IMG/VR virus record: IMGVR_UViG_3300036852_000742
Span: 1-64,000 of that record
DNA: 64,000 nucleotides
Direction: 5' to 3' (one strand)
DNA from: a virus
In this document: piece by piece, positions 9,672 to 19,211 of the stretch
How positions within the stretch are numbered: the stretch's first letter is position 1
How the letters are laid out: the number at the start of each line of letters is the position of its first letter
Made by a program: the position numbers and the translations under genes
The notes under the pieces: model-generated
The model's database searches: none
The model's input: only the letters and a program-made list of their open reading frames with translations
Told to the model about the DNA's origin: nothing

Positions 9672-9712
9672 GGCGATCTCCTTCGGTCGGTTCGGTGGGG
9701 GATAGGTGACGT

Positions 9713-10240
9713 TCATCCGGTCTGGGGTGGACGTGGATGCCGAATCCGGCGGCAATTCCGGTCCACGTACCCGTGACCCGCGCGGCCGGCCAGGGTCCAC
9801 CGCTCGTAGCGCACCCATATCCCGGCTTCCGGGTTGCAGGCGCACCAGTCGCTGACATCAGCGGGCCCGCCGTCTGCCGTGAGGATGGTGTGCTCCCGGG
9901 GGCCGAGTGCGGCCATCCACTCGTCACTACCGCGCTCGGCGGCGGCGGCGTCAGCGCGGTCAGTGGTCTCTTTGGACCAGCCACCACCATGGACGGTCAG
10001 AGACTCGTCGACGGTGCTGCCCGTGTCGATGGTGCTGCCGGCGGGGGTGTTGGCGATGGTCCGGGCTCGGGCGATGTACTCCGGCTCCCACCCGCCGTCA
10101 GCGGTGCGGACCTCGATGGTGTGCAGGTTGCGACAACGGCCGGTGGTCTCGATCATGGCCAACCATCGGCGGGCCTGACCCTCGATCATGGCATTGGATG
10201 TGTAGTCCGCGCACACGACGCGGTGTGTCTTGGTGGCCAT
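9713..10240 (-). CDS. Hypothetical protein
   Basis: AAAGGA RBS before ATG 10240. Confidence 0.65.
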   Translation of the reverse strand: MATKTHRVVCADYTSNAMIEGQARRWLAMIETTGRCRNLHTIEVRTADGGWEPEYIARARTIANTPAGSTIDTGSTVDESLTVHGGGWSKETTDRADAAAAERGSDEWMAALGPREHTILTADGGPADVSDWCACNPEAGIWVRYERWTLAGRAGHGYVDRNCRRIRHPRPPQTG

Positions 10241-10281
10241 GGCCAGTCCTTTCCAAACGTTGAAGCGCTTCGTGGCTGGCG

Positions 10282-10722
10282 TTAGAGATTGGCTGTGTCG
10301 CTGGCCGCCTGCCGGCACTCTAGGTCGGCGGTGTGCGCTCGGGCATCGGGTAGCGTTGCGGCGCAGCGATGGCACCGAGAGTCGAGGTGCCCGCCCCGTT
10401 TGGTCAGTTGGACCACGACATCTGGGTCTGGGGCATTTGGGTTGCGGATGAGGTGATACGTCGGGGGGAGCTGTGGGGCCCATGAGTCGATGGAGCGGAT
10501 TCGGCGCAGCGCGACTGCGTACATGCGGCCCAGGACATCGATCACGATGGCCTCATACGCCTGCTTGCCGTCCACGCGGCGAGCGAGCCCGACCAGGTCA
10601 CCGACCAGTACCTGATCAATGTCGAGTTGTTCGTTGGCCATGACGACCAAGCGGACCCTGCTGTTAAGGCTCGACTTGACGTCGGCGACCTGAATTGGCC
10701 GCTGACGGGTGGCGACGGTCAT
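10282..10722 (-). CDS. Hypothetical protein
   Basis: 1-nt overlap with upstream gene. Confidence 0.6.
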   Translation of the reverse strand: MTVATRQRPIQVADVKSSLNSRVRLVVMANEQLDIDQVLVGDLVGLARRVDGKQAYEAIVIDVLGRMYAVALRRIRSIDSWAPQLPPTYHLIRNPNAPDPDVVVQLTKRGGHLDSRCHRCAATLPDARAHTADLECRQAASDTANL

Positions 10723-10967
10723 CAGCGCATTCCCTCTGTGAGTAGGTGCAGTTCACCCATGTCCCGGGCGCGCTGGCGGGCAAGTCTGCGGCAGGTCCGC
10801 ACGCTATACCGGTCTCCGTTGATCCCCCGCGTCGTGGCGATCTCCTGAAACAGCAGGTCGGTTACCTCGTTGGCGCAGCCTTCGGTGCGGGCTTTGCGGA
10901 CGAACACGAATGCAGCGATCACCAGCTCGTCGGCAATCTCTGCCCGGGTTCGGCTCGTGCGGATCAT
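10722..10967 (-). CDS. Hypothetical protein
   Basis: GAGGAG RBS; after promoter copy 5. Confidence 0.65.
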   Translation of the reverse strand: MIRTSRTRAEIADELVIAAFVFVRKARTEGCANEVTDLLFQEIATTRGINGDRYSVRTCRRLARQRARDMGELHLLTEGMR

Positions 10968-11009
10968 TTGGGGCTCCTCGGGTGTGGGGTCCAGCTCCCC
11001 TCAACCACT

Positions 11010-11038
11010 ACCTTACCCGCTAGACCGTTGCGGGGCAA
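11010..11038 (-). promoter_or_regulatory. Repeated phage promoter/operator copy 5
   Basis: TTGCCC-17 bp-TAAGGT. Confidence 0.85.
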
Positions 11039-11069
11039 TACCAGGTGACGGCCCAGCAGGTGCGTTCGC

Positions 11070-11414
11070 TCATAGCAGGGCGTCGGGTACACCTCGGCCG
11101 AGTACCGCCAGGCGTACCTCATCGAGAGCGGCCCGTGCGGCCTCCGGGTGGTCCAGTGCCCACCCGAGCAGGCGGGCTCCGGTAGCCAGGTCGTCGCTCA
11201 GGCCCCCGTTCTCGGACAAGGTCACGTCGTTGTCGCGTAGGAACAGGTCGCTGAACGGGTCCCTGCCCTCCTCCAGCGCGGCGCCCGCCAGGCGCAGCAG
11301 CTCACGGCGGCGGCGTACGGTGCCGGCCTTTCTCATCTTCTTCGTCGCGGCGGCCTTCGCTGAGGTTGCGTCGGGGGCCTGGACACTGGTGACCCACAGC
11401 CCGGGGTGGATCAC
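11070..11414 (-). CDS. Hypothetical protein
   Basis: GTGA overlap with upstream gene. Confidence 0.5.
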   Translation of the reverse strand: MIHPGLWVTSVQAPDATSAKAAATKKMRKAGTVRRRRELLRLAGAALEEGRDPFSDLFLRDNDVTLSENGGLSDDLATGARLLGWALDHPEAARAALDEVRLAVLGRGVPDALL

Positions 11415-11956
11415 GTCGTCCAGGTCGGTACGGCCTGCTCCGGCTCCGTCAGTCCCGCCGCCGCCCATGTCGGTTGCACGACCCGGCCGTAGCCGCTGGC
11501 ATACCAAAGGCACGCCGGTTCGGGGCAGGAGCAGAACACGTTGCCGTGATCGGGGCAGCCGGCGTGGTAGCGGGCGACCGCCGCCACCAGGCTGGGATGC
11601 GCCGGGCGGCGCAGACCGACACTGCCGGTCATGCACCGGTCGCCGTTCCAGGTGTCGTGGTGCGCGTACCCAAGGCCGGACAGTTCGTCGGCCAGCGCAC
11701 GCAGCTCCCCCCGCCGGAGTCCGTTGGTGAGGTTCCCGTCGCTGTCCCACTCGGCGCCGCCTGGCACGTCGATCACGACCACCGGCAGGCCTCTGGCGCC
11801 CACGGGGACGAACCGGTACACGCGCCCGTCGACCTGCGGTGAACTGACCCCGTGGTGCTGCATGACCGCCCCGTCCGGCTGCTCGGTGTCGAACATCCAG
11901 CGAAGGCCGGCGCGGAGGACGTCCGTGCGGGTGAGGGCGGGAGGGTTGTCAGCCAC
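11411..11956 (-). CDS. Hypothetical protein
   Basis: GTG start overlapping upstream stop; Cys-rich C-terminus. Confidence 0.6.
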   Translation of the reverse strand: MADNPPALTRTDVLRAGLRWMFDTEQPDGAVMQHHGVSSPQVDGRVYRFVPVGARGLPVVVIDVPGGAEWDSDGNLTNGLRRGELRALADELSGLGYAHHDTWNGDRCMTGSVGLRRPAHPSLVAAVARYHAGCPDHGNVFCSCPEPACLWYASGYGRVVQPTWAAAGLTEPEQAVPTWTT

Positions 11957-12800
11957 GGGTCGCCCCCTCGTTGGCAGAGAAAGCCCGCGACACCAGGTCG
12001 ATGAAGCGCTCCCCGAGCCGCCCGTAGAACGACGCTGCGGCGGCCAGGTGCTCGGCGGCGGCGCGCAACGACGTGCTGCGGTGCCGGTTGGCGAACTGAA
12101 CGGCGGTCGCGGCGTCGTTGCCGTCGGTGTCGACGCTGGCGCGGGCGGTCCCAGCGGCGGCCCAGGCGGCGGTGGAGCCGGCGCCGAAGGAGTCGGCAAC
12201 GGCATTGGCAGCGGTCGAGGCGGAGTCCCACTCCTTGTAGGTCACCGTTTCACCGGCCAGTCTACGGGCGAGCAACTCAGCCACCGTCTCAACGACTGCG
12301 CGCGATCCGGAGCCTGGTTTCGTACGGCACAGCACACCAAGCTCCGGATCGACCAGTAGATCCAACATCAGCCTGGGTGTTACGAGTGACAGGTCAGCAC
12401 CGACCTGAATGGCCTCGGTCACTCGCACCGCGAAGTCCGGGGCGGCGGCAGCGTGCACGCCCTCGAAGATGCAGTCCACGAGCTGTGCGACCTGGGACGG
12501 GATACCCAGCAGGCGCTCGCAGTCAGCGTGCAGGTCCCGGGTCTCGATGAACGCGAACGCCCCCCGCGACCTCTTCGCCGCCTTGTCGATGCCGGCTTCG
12601 GCGAGAACACGATCCGCGACGACGCATCCGATCGCGCAGCCCCGGAACCCTGACGCAAGCTCGGGGTGAGGGCTGAAGTAGGTGCCCTGGATGATCGAGT
12701 CCTCGGCATGGTGGGCGTACAGCCCGGCGAGAACCTCAGCCTTGAGTGCGGGATCCCCGTGCCAGGCGAGGACAGGTCCGGGGCTGGTCCGGGCGATCAC
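11949..12800 (-). CDS. Hypothetical phage protein
   Basis: 283 aa; AWHGDPALK...IIQGTY...GCAIGC. Confidence 0.75.
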   Translation of the reverse strand: MIARTSPGPVLAWHGDPALKAEVLAGLYAHHAEDSIIQGTYFSPHPELASGFRGCAIGCVVADRVLAEAGIDKAAKRSRGAFAFIETRDLHADCERLLGIPSQVAQLVDCIFEGVHAAAAPDFAVRVTEAIQVGADLSLVTPRLMLDLLVDPELGVLCRTKPGSGSRAVVETVAELLARRLAGETVTYKEWDSASTAANAVADSFGAGSTAAWAAAGTARASVDTDGNDAATAVQFANRHRSTSLRAAAEHLAAAASFYGRLGERFIDLVSRAFSANEGATRG

Positions 12801-13039
12801 TGCCCGACCCCCGGCTGCCCGGTCGCCGCTTTCGCGGTGGCGAGCTGAGCGTGGAGGAGCGCGTTCAGGAACTGGTTGGTCCAGTTCTCGCTGCTGACTG
12901 GTGTGGCCAGCAGCATGGCGGACTCTTTGAGGTGCTGGGCCGGTGTCATGGCCAGGATCTGGGCGGCCTCGGCGCGGATCTTTCGGTTCTGGTCGGCTTT
13001 GCGCGCTGCCTGGAGCGCGTCGTAGTCAGGGCGGGTCAT
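12797..13039 (-). CDS. Hypothetical protein
   Basis: GGAGGT RBS; overlaps both neighbours. Confidence 0.65.
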   Translation of the reverse strand: MTRPDYDALQAARKADQNRKIRAEAAQILAMTPAQHLKESAMLLATPVSSENWTNQFLNALLHAQLATAKAATGQPGVGQ

Positions 13040-13383
13040 CGGTGTACCTCCAGTGCTGTGCTACGGGCGGTCAGGGCGAGTGCGGTGGTAGTGGTGGTCA
13101 CGGGTTGGGCTGGTCGCGGCCGGGAGTCGATGCGGGCCCACGGCTGCCTGGACCGGTACGGGCGGGGCCGACGCACCTCGTCCCAACAAACCCACCCAAC
13201 TACGGACAGGACGAACCCGACTGGGAGCGCCCACCCAAGGACGACCACGATCGGGGTTGGCAGGGGCGGGCCGATGGCCAGGGCGACAACGATCGGCACC
13301 CAGAACAGTGCCTGCCCGACGCCGATGGTAGCGAGGAAAAACCGCACAAACGGCCGGCGTAGGGCGCCATCAGAGGACGGCAT
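13036..13383 (-). CDS. Membrane protein
   Basis: Two TM-like segments; GGAGG RBS. Confidence 0.6.
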   Translation of the reverse strand: MPSSDGALRRPFVRFFLATIGVGQALFWVPIVVALAIGPPLPTPIVVVLGWALPVGFVLSVVGWVCWDEVRRPRPYRSRQPWARIDSRPRPAQPVTTTTTALALTARSTALEVHR

Positions 13384-13493
13384 TGGTGCCTCCGGTTCTT
13401 TGGGGAACGCGTTAGGGTAGGGCACCCCTTGACCCCCGCAGGATGACCGGCTCGCCCGAGCAGGTCTCGTCACCCCGCAGGGGATTCGGGGCC

Positions 13494-13533
13494 CCCTCGG
13501 GTCGGGCCTGATATGTGCGGGCCCGACCCGAGG
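13494..13533 (-). terminator. GC-rich hairpin after the DUF932 gene
   Basis: CCTCGGGTCGGGCC/GGCCCGACCCGAGG perfect stem; no U-tract on the minus strand. Confidence 0.55.
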
Positions 13534-13548
13534 AAAACTGTGGAGTTG

Positions 13549-14652
13549 TCAGGCGGCCAGGAGCAGGTGCGCGGCGCGGACCTTGATCTGCTCGCCGATT
13601 CCCCCGTCGATCATCTGGGCCAGGCGGGATGCCTGGTTGCGCGCCGGCCGGCTGTGGTCTGCCCACTCGGCGACGGCCTGGTACGCGGCGTAGGCGGTGC
13701 CCCGCCCGACGGTGTTGTTCTCGCCCTCTCGGGCGAGGTTGGCGACCTGGTTGCGACGCATCTGCCATGACCGTTCGCCGGTTTCGGTGCGGGCGGTGCG
13801 AGGTGTTGGCATCAACGACTCCAGGAACCCGTCAAGGTCACTACCGACCAGGGGGGTTGCCAGGAGCTGTTCGGAAGCCTTGAGCCACTGCTCCGTCCAC
13901 GTGCCGGTGATCGCCAACGCCTTGCCGACCTCGTCACTGCGTCCCCGCCAGTTGGCGGTGTGGCGGATGGAGAACCGGTTCGACAGCTTCCCGAACGTGG
14001 CTGCGACCTGGTTGGTGCAGTCCAACCTGATCGGGGCGACGCAGCCCCACAGGCCGGTGTCCCCGCCGAAACTGTTGCCGATCGTCAGGTACAGGTCATG
14101 GGGGTCGATCCCGCCGACCTTGATCCCCTCGGGCAGCCGAAGGGCCATGTACATGCGGGAACCGGTCGGGTCGCCGTAGGCGCCGACCGCGACGACGCTG
14201 CCGCCGGACTCTTCGATGATCTGCTGACCGAACTCGGCCGCCTCTGTGGGCTGCACCAGCTCGTAGCGTCGCCCGACGACACCGAGGAGCCGGCGCGGTG
14301 GGCGGGTGCCGTCCTTGCCGGGCGGCAAGGACGCGACCGTCGCCCGGAACTTGCCCGTGGCCTTGACGGTTTCCACGCCGTGGTCGTCGACGACTGGTAC
14401 CGACAGGTCGTCGTGCAACGACACGGTGAAGTCGAGGCCGGCGGCCTCCAGCGCCCGGTCGACGGTCATGCCGTCGTTGTTCTCGGCGTAGACGCCGCCG
14501 GTGGCTTTCGCCAGAGCGACGAACGCCGGGAACCGGCCTTGCTTGGGCATGAAGTGGGTGCGGTGGTCGCCGACCCGGTTCATGTCGGCGACGGTGGTGC
14601 CGTCGTCGTACAGCGTGCCCTCGTTGAGCGGGTTGTTGGCTGTGTAGCTCAT
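13549..14652 (-). CDS. DUF932-family phage/plasmid protein
   Basis: ALEAAGLDFTV, LGVVGRRYELVQ, PIRLDCTNQ, SIRHT and GTAYAAYQAVAEWADH motifs. Confidence 0.9.
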   Translation of the reverse strand: MSYTANNPLNEGTLYDDGTTVADMNRVGDHRTHFMPKQGRFPAFVALAKATGGVYAENNDGMTVDRALEAAGLDFTVSLHDDLSVPVVDDHGVETVKATGKFRATVASLPPGKDGTRPPRRLLGVVGRRYELVQPTEAAEFGQQIIEESGGSVVAVGAYGDPTGSRMYMALRLPEGIKVGGIDPHDLYLTIGNSFGGDTGLWGCVAPIRLDCTNQVAATFGKLSNRFSIRHTANWRGRSDEVGKALAITGTWTEQWLKASEQLLATPLVGSDLDGFLESLMPTPRTARTETGERSWQMRRNQVANLAREGENNTVGRGTAYAAYQAVAEWADHSRPARNQASRLAQMIDGGIGEQIKVRAAHLLLAA

Positions 14653-14709
14653 GGGACGTGCCCCCCTTTGGGGTGGGTTGTGTGGGGTCCAGCTCCCCAC
14701 CTAACCGCT

Positions 14710-14738
14710 AGCTTACCCGCTAGATGGTTGCGGGGCAA
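14710..14738 (-). promoter_or_regulatory. Repeated phage promoter/operator copy 6
   Basis: TTGCCC-17 bp-TAAGCT. Confidence 0.85.
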
Positions 14739-14940
14739 TACGCCGTAGGCCGCGAACCGGTCGAACAACCCGCGACCCGTCCGCCCGCTCCACCAGCACA
14801 TTCCTGGGACAACCCCCACCCCTCTCTGGCCTCAGCGACGGCAACAGATCCCACTGCCCCAGTCGTGGTGGTGCGGCCCACTGCACCCGCACCACCACCG
14901 GCTCACCCCGCAGCAGGTAGCGGCGGCCAACCATGCTCAC
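14713..14940 (-). CDS. Small hypothetical protein
   Basis: PRNVLVERADGSRVVRPVRGLRR; GTGA overlap. Confidence 0.55.
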   Translation of the reverse strand: MSMVGRRYLLRGEPVVVRVQWAAPPRLGQWDLLPSLRPERGGGCPRNVLVERADGSRVVRPVRGLRRIAPQPSSG

Positions 14941-15194
14941 CGCGTGTCCCTCCCGCCGCGACGGGTCTCGCCGTACATCAGCAGCCACTCCGCCGCCCGC
15001 CTAGCGAGGACAGCCACCCCGCAGGCGGCGACAACGTGGGCGAAGTCCACTAGGCCGGCCACGGACTGCGCAGGGCACGTCCCGGCCGCGTACTCCACAT
15101 AAGGGCAACTAGGCGGGTACTGCACCAGCCACAGCGCCACGTACACCGCAAACCCCACCACGACGAAAACCACGTCACCAACGACTCTCCTCAT
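14937..15194 (-). CDS. Small membrane protein
   Basis: Two hydrophobic helices. Confidence 0.55.
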   Translation of the reverse strand: MRRVVGDVVFVVVGFAVYVALWLVQYPPSCPYVEYAAGTCPAQSVAGLVDFAHVVAACGVAVLARRAAEWLLMYGETRRGGRDTR

Positions 15195-15200
15195 GAAATG

Positions 15201-15620
15201 TCACCGCCCCGCTTTGCTGCGGGCGTACTCAGCCGCCTTCGCCGCACGGCACACCGGGCACCGGCAGCCGGAGTCTTTGTACCCGCTGATCCCGTGTGTG
15301 ATCCCGGGCGCCACGTACGGGCCGGGCGAGGCGGCCCGGAGCTGCGCGGCCTCGGCGCGTTGGGCCCGCATGTGGGCCGCCTTCGCCGCCCGGCACACCT
15401 CGCACGTGCACGGATGGCCCCGGGAGCTGTACCGGCGCAGCCCGTGGCTGTTCGGGTCGAACGGCTCCCGCTGTGACGGGAACTGGTCAAGCGTCCCGGC
15501 GGTCCAGTGGCGGTAGTAGCACCTGGAACACAGCTCCCTGCCGGTCAGGGGCCCGACCGCCGGGCAGCCCTTGCAGCGCCCGGTCGCGCGCCGAGTCATC
15601 CTCGCCCCTCCCTGCGTCAT
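15201..15620 (-). CDS. Multi-Zn-finger protein
   Basis: LCSRCY plus two HG...C.C..CRAAKA repeats. Confidence 0.65.
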   Translation of the reverse strand: MTQGGARMTRRATGRCKGCPAVGPLTGRELCSRCYYRHWTAGTLDQFPSQREPFDPNSHGLRRYSSRGHPCTCEVCRAAKAAHMRAQRAEAAQLRAASPGPYVAPGITHGISGYKDSGCRCPVCRAAKAAEYARSKAGR

Positions 15621-16126
15621 GGCAGCGCCGCCTCCTCGGTTTGGGCCGCGATAGCAGCCTGTGCCGCGTCCGACAGGGTCCACAGGATCGGTACTACCTG
15701 GCCCCGGTGCGGCACCGGCTCGCGCAGAGGCCACACCGAGGTCAGGTCCCAGTGGTGCACGGTGACCCGCCGGCCCCGGGTGGTGTAGGAACGGTCACCC
15801 CACGCGCAGCAGGACCCTGTGTCCGGGTGGGAACCGGTGAGGATTGCTGTGCCGATGACCGCGCCGATGGTGCATACCGACGGGTCGCCCTCCACCACGG
15901 CGAGGGCGCTGTCCAGCCGGCCGGCTGCCTTGGCGGCGATCGCGGTGAGGAGGATGCGCGGGTCGGTGTCCCCATTCGGGTGCCACTTCTTGCCGGCGTG
16001 GATGCCGATCCGCTGCCCGATCACCTGGGGCGGCACCGGACGGGGCCGGTTCTCAGGGTTCTTGCTGCCGAAGACGATTGCCCACGCGTACGGTTGGCGC
16101 ACTGTCAACGCCAGGCGCACGTTCAC
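15617..16126 (-). CDS. ASCH-domain protein
   Basis: ALTVRQPYAWAIVFGSKNPENR...IGIHAGK signature. Confidence 0.85.
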   Translation of the reverse strand: MNVRLALTVRQPYAWAIVFGSKNPENRPRPVPPQVIGQRIGIHAGKKWHPNGDTDPRILLTAIAAKAAGRLDSALAVVEGDPSVCTIGAVIGTAILTGSHPDTGSCCAWGDRSYTTRGRRVTVHHWDLTSVWPLREPVPHRGQVVPILWTLSDAAQAAIAAQTEEAALP

Positions 16127-16455
16127 CGCCCCGCCTCGCGGATCCGCTCCGAACGGCGGGTGAGGTGTTCGGCGGCGGTCACCCCGTTGTGCTCCACCTT
16201 GGGAGCCAGGCGCACCGCTACCGCCACCGCCGTTTCCCACGGCGTCCAGTGCCGGGCCCGCCACTGGACACCAGGGTCGGAGCCCTGCGACCAGATCCCG
16301 TCGACGTCGGCGAACTCGCGCCACCCCCGGCGGGAAACGACCCACCGGTTCCCGGGCCGCCGCTCCAGGTGGATCTCGAAGTGGCGGCGTTCGAAATCAT
16401 CGCCCGGTAGGGCACACACCGTGTACACGGTGGGCACCGGTTGCAGTTCAGGCAC
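16123..16455 (-). CDS. Hypothetical protein
   Basis: GAGGAGGT RBS; packed. Confidence 0.65.
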   Translation of the reverse strand: MPELQPVPTVYTVCALPGDDFERRHFEIHLERRPGNRWVVSRRGWREFADVDGIWSQGSDPGVQWRARHWTPWETAVAVAVRLAPKVEHNGVTAAEHLTRRSERIREAGR

Positions 16456-16810
16456 TTGTGACCTCCTCGGCTGGGGCACTACCCGCGTGCGTCCGGCGCC
16501 GGTCAATTGCCTCAATCCACTGCACGGCAACTGCGGCGACCTGGATCAACTCCTTGCGCAGTAAGGCCGGATCGCCCTCGGCAAGCGCCTCGTAAACCTC
16601 CTCCAGCAAGATGAGCCGCCAGGTCGTTCGGCCCTCGTCCGCTGCCCGTTGGCAGGCTCCCCGGTGCTGCCTGGCCAACTCCTCGGCGAGGCCTCCGCCG
16701 GTCCCGTTGGGGTGGTTCTGCTCACCCCACTTCACATCCTGTCGGTCGCGCTCCCTGGCAATCGCCGAGTAGATCGAGCTGTATGCGGTGTCCGGGTTGA
16801 TCGTGCTCAT
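16448..16810 (-). CDS. MazG-like nucleotide pyrophosphohydrolase-fold protein
   Basis: ERDRQDVKWGEQNH...LILLEEVYEA...ELIQVAAVAVQWIE. Confidence 0.75.
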   Translation of the reverse strand: MSTINPDTAYSSIYSAIARERDRQDVKWGEQNHPNGTGGGLAEELARQHRGACQRAADEGRTTWRLILLEEVYEALAEGDPALLRKELIQVAAVAVQWIEAIDRRRTHAGSAPAEEVTSA

Positions 16811-17793
16811 CACGCCACCCTTTCTGATTGGTTGATGTGCGGGTACTCCCGAACCCGGAACTCGGCCGGCCACTCATCCCAGTCGCCGCCCTTACGGTGC
16901 TTGGCGCCGACCCGCCTGGCCCACGGCTCGCCGAGCTGCTTCACGAACACCGGTACGCTGGCGGCCCGGCACTGCGCGATCAGGGAGCGCACCCATTCCA
17001 GGTCCATGTCGCGCAGCCCCGGCGCTGGCCGGGTGTCCAGCTCGGTGGCCTTCGCTGGCGGGCCGGACTCCCCACCAATCACCACCCAGTCGATCGTTGG
17101 GTCGCAGACGGTCGCACCACGTTCACAGCCGCAGTCAAGGCCAGGGACCAGGAACGGGTGGAGGATGTCGAGCGGGCCGAGTAGCGGCTCGCAGGACACC
17201 CACCGGACGGCGGCGGGGGTGTCACACAGCGCCGGAAGTCTCAGCAGCGCCGTCGCGTCATCCTCGGCGCTGGCACCCATCCACACGTTGGACAAGGGCC
17301 ACGTCAACGTACAGGCGGCCGCGTTCGCGAGTACTCGCCGCCGCTGCGGGCGGGTCAACGGCGTCGACTCGTCGCGGGCCAGCGCGTGCGCGGCGTCCTC
17401 AACCTGCTGGCGGAAGTCCGGCCGACTGAATAGGGAGCGCATCCGGGCGTGGCGTTTGCTCAGCGGTTGGAAGATGTGCCACTGGGCTATCGCCATGACC
17501 GCGAACGCCTTGATGATGATCTCGTCGGGTACGGCCGGGTGAAGCCAGTCCGATAGCGAGTTGGGGAAGATCATGCGGGATCGGTTCAAACGCAACGGCA
17601 ACGTCAACTGGTGCTCAAGGATCCGCAGCCCCGTTGTGCCACCGATGCCGGCCTTGTCGAAGCGCATCCCGGCGATCCGGAACGGGATGGTGCGCTCGAT
17701 GTAGCAGTTGAGGCAACCCTCAGAGACTTTGGTGCAGCCGTGGATGAAGTTCCACGTCCGGTCCGTCCACTCGATCTTGCTGTCGTCACCCAC
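16810..17793 (-). CDS. Phage Gp37/Gp68 family (DUF5131) protein
   Basis: SKIEWTDRTWN..GCTKVSEGCLNCY; SCEPLLG; DWVVIGGESG; VPVFVKQLG. Confidence 0.92.
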   Translation of the reverse strand: MGDDSKIEWTDRTWNFIHGCTKVSEGCLNCYIERTIPFRIAGMRFDKAGIGGTTGLRILEHQLTLPLRLNRSRMIFPNSLSDWLHPAVPDEIIIKAFAVMAIAQWHIFQPLSKRHARMRSLFSRPDFRQQVEDAAHALARDESTPLTRPQRRRVLANAAACTLTWPLSNVWMGASAEDDATALLRLPALCDTPAAVRWVSCEPLLGPLDILHPFLVPGLDCGCERGATVCDPTIDWVVIGGESGPPAKATELDTRPAPGLRDMDLEWVRSLIAQCRAASVPVFVKQLGEPWARRVGAKHRKGGDWDEWPAEFRVREYPHINQSERVA

Positions 17794-18718
17794 TCCTACC
17801 GCCCGACCCGCCGTGACGTTCTAACGGTTCGTCATCCTGTACATCGGCTTGCGCGACGGCGCCTACCCGGCCAGCCTTGTAAGCCAACGGCCAGATAGCT
17901 TTCACGAACAACGCCACCACTGGGGCGACGAACTCCAACGGAACCAAGTCGGCGTAATCACTATTGACCAGTGCCAGTGCGGCGGCATCCATGGCCTCTT
18001 TGAGCGGCATCGGTGATCCAGTGTTGGCCGCTGCGCTCAGGGGTTCGTGACGTTCTGCCGGGCCGCGCAGCTCAGCGACGGTGATCCCGAGTCGCCCAGC
18101 GATGGTCGGGGTGATGAGGTTCCCGTCGTTGTCGAAGTGGTGATCGCGGAGCGCGAACACGGTTGGCGTGTCGTCGGCGACCCATGCGGTGGCCGTTCTG
18201 TTGACCATGACTAGTGCGGACGGGTCTGGTGCGTTCTTGAGGTCGTCTTCGGTGATGGCGACAGGCCCCACCTTGGCCAGTAGTGCGGTGACGAGTCGCT
18301 CGTAAAGCTCACCGGGTGTCGGGTCGTCTTCGTCGAACTGGTCCCGTAGTCGCTCGATCATCCTGATCAGCCGGCGCGCGATAGTTCCCAGCTCGATAGC
18401 TGAATCCGAGAACTGGGATTTGGGTTGGCGGCCGAGGAGCCGGGTGTACTCCCGGAGTACCCCCTTGGCCGATTCCAGATCGATCGGGGGACGGACCCGG
18501 CGTGGGGAGCTACTGCCGGGCATAGGTGTGCCGTCGACGCGGGCCTGCAACTGTTCGGCGGTTTCGATCAGCCTGAGCGTCATGGCCCCGGTCGCCTCGG
18601 CGGCGATGCCGAACGCGGACAGGTCCTCGGGCTCGGGTAGCAGCCCGAGGAATCGGTTGAGGACTGCCCGTGCGGCATTCAGGTCGACGAGGCGTCGCGC
18701 TGGGGGACTGTTGGGCAT
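17786..18718 (-). CDS. Hypothetical protein with internal duplication
   Basis: GAGGAG RBS; two similar helical units. Confidence 0.65.
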   Translation of the reverse strand: MPNSPPARRLVDLNAARAVLNRFLGLLPEPEDLSAFGIAAEATGAMTLRLIETAEQLQARVDGTPMPGSSSPRRVRPPIDLESAKGVLREYTRLLGRQPKSQFSDSAIELGTIARRLIRMIERLRDQFDEDDPTPGELYERLVTALLAKVGPVAITEDDLKNAPDPSALVMVNRTATAWVADDTPTVFALRDHHFDNDGNLITPTIAGRLGITVAELRGPAERHEPLSAAANTGSPMPLKEAMDAAALALVNSDYADLVPLEFVAPVVALFVKAIWPLAYKAGRVGAVAQADVQDDEPLERHGGSGGRSG

Positions 18719-18738
18719 GGGGAACGCATCTCCTCTGG

Positions 18739-19083
18739 TTAGTGGGGCAGGAGCCCCGGTCGGAACTCCACCTGGCGGGCGGCGTCGGGGCCCAGGCGGG
18801 CCAGGACCCACATGAACACGGCGATCAGCGTTTCGGGGGCGGCGAGCAGCGCCGGCCGGCCGTCGAGGATCACCAGGTAGTGCAGTCCGCCCCGGTCGGG
18901 CAGGGTCAGGGTTGGGTACATGTGCCCGTGGCTCGCTACTACCGAGGCGTCGTCGAGGTCGACGGGCCAGCGGTACTCCAGCACGCCGAGCCCAGCGGCG
19001 ATCTGGAGCGCCTGGATCTGTTGCTGTGGTTTCGGCTTGCTCGTGTCGATTCCTGGGGTTTCAGGGGTTTCAGGGTCTGTCAT
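18739..19083 (-). CDS. Hypothetical protein
   Basis: GGGAG RBS; after promoter copy 7. Confidence 0.65.
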   Translation of the reverse strand: MTDPETPETPGIDTSKPKPQQQIQALQIAAGLGVLEYRWPVDLDDASVVASHGHMYPTLTLPDRGGLHYLVILDGRPALLAAPETLIAVFMWVLARLGPDAARQVEFRPGLLPH

Positions 19084-19123
19084 TGGGTCTCCCGTTCGGG
19101 GGGTGGTCACGTCTCAACGTCTC

Positions 19124-19152
19124 ATGTTACCCGCGTCATGGATGCGGGGCAA
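19124..19152 (-). promoter_or_regulatory. Repeated phage promoter/operator copy 7
   Basis: TTGCCC-17 bp-TAACAT. Confidence 0.8.
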
Positions 19153-19211
19153 TGCGTGGGGTCTGGCGTGTCGCGCCGTGCGGTCGGCCCGTCAGTGAAA
19201 CACTGCATGTT

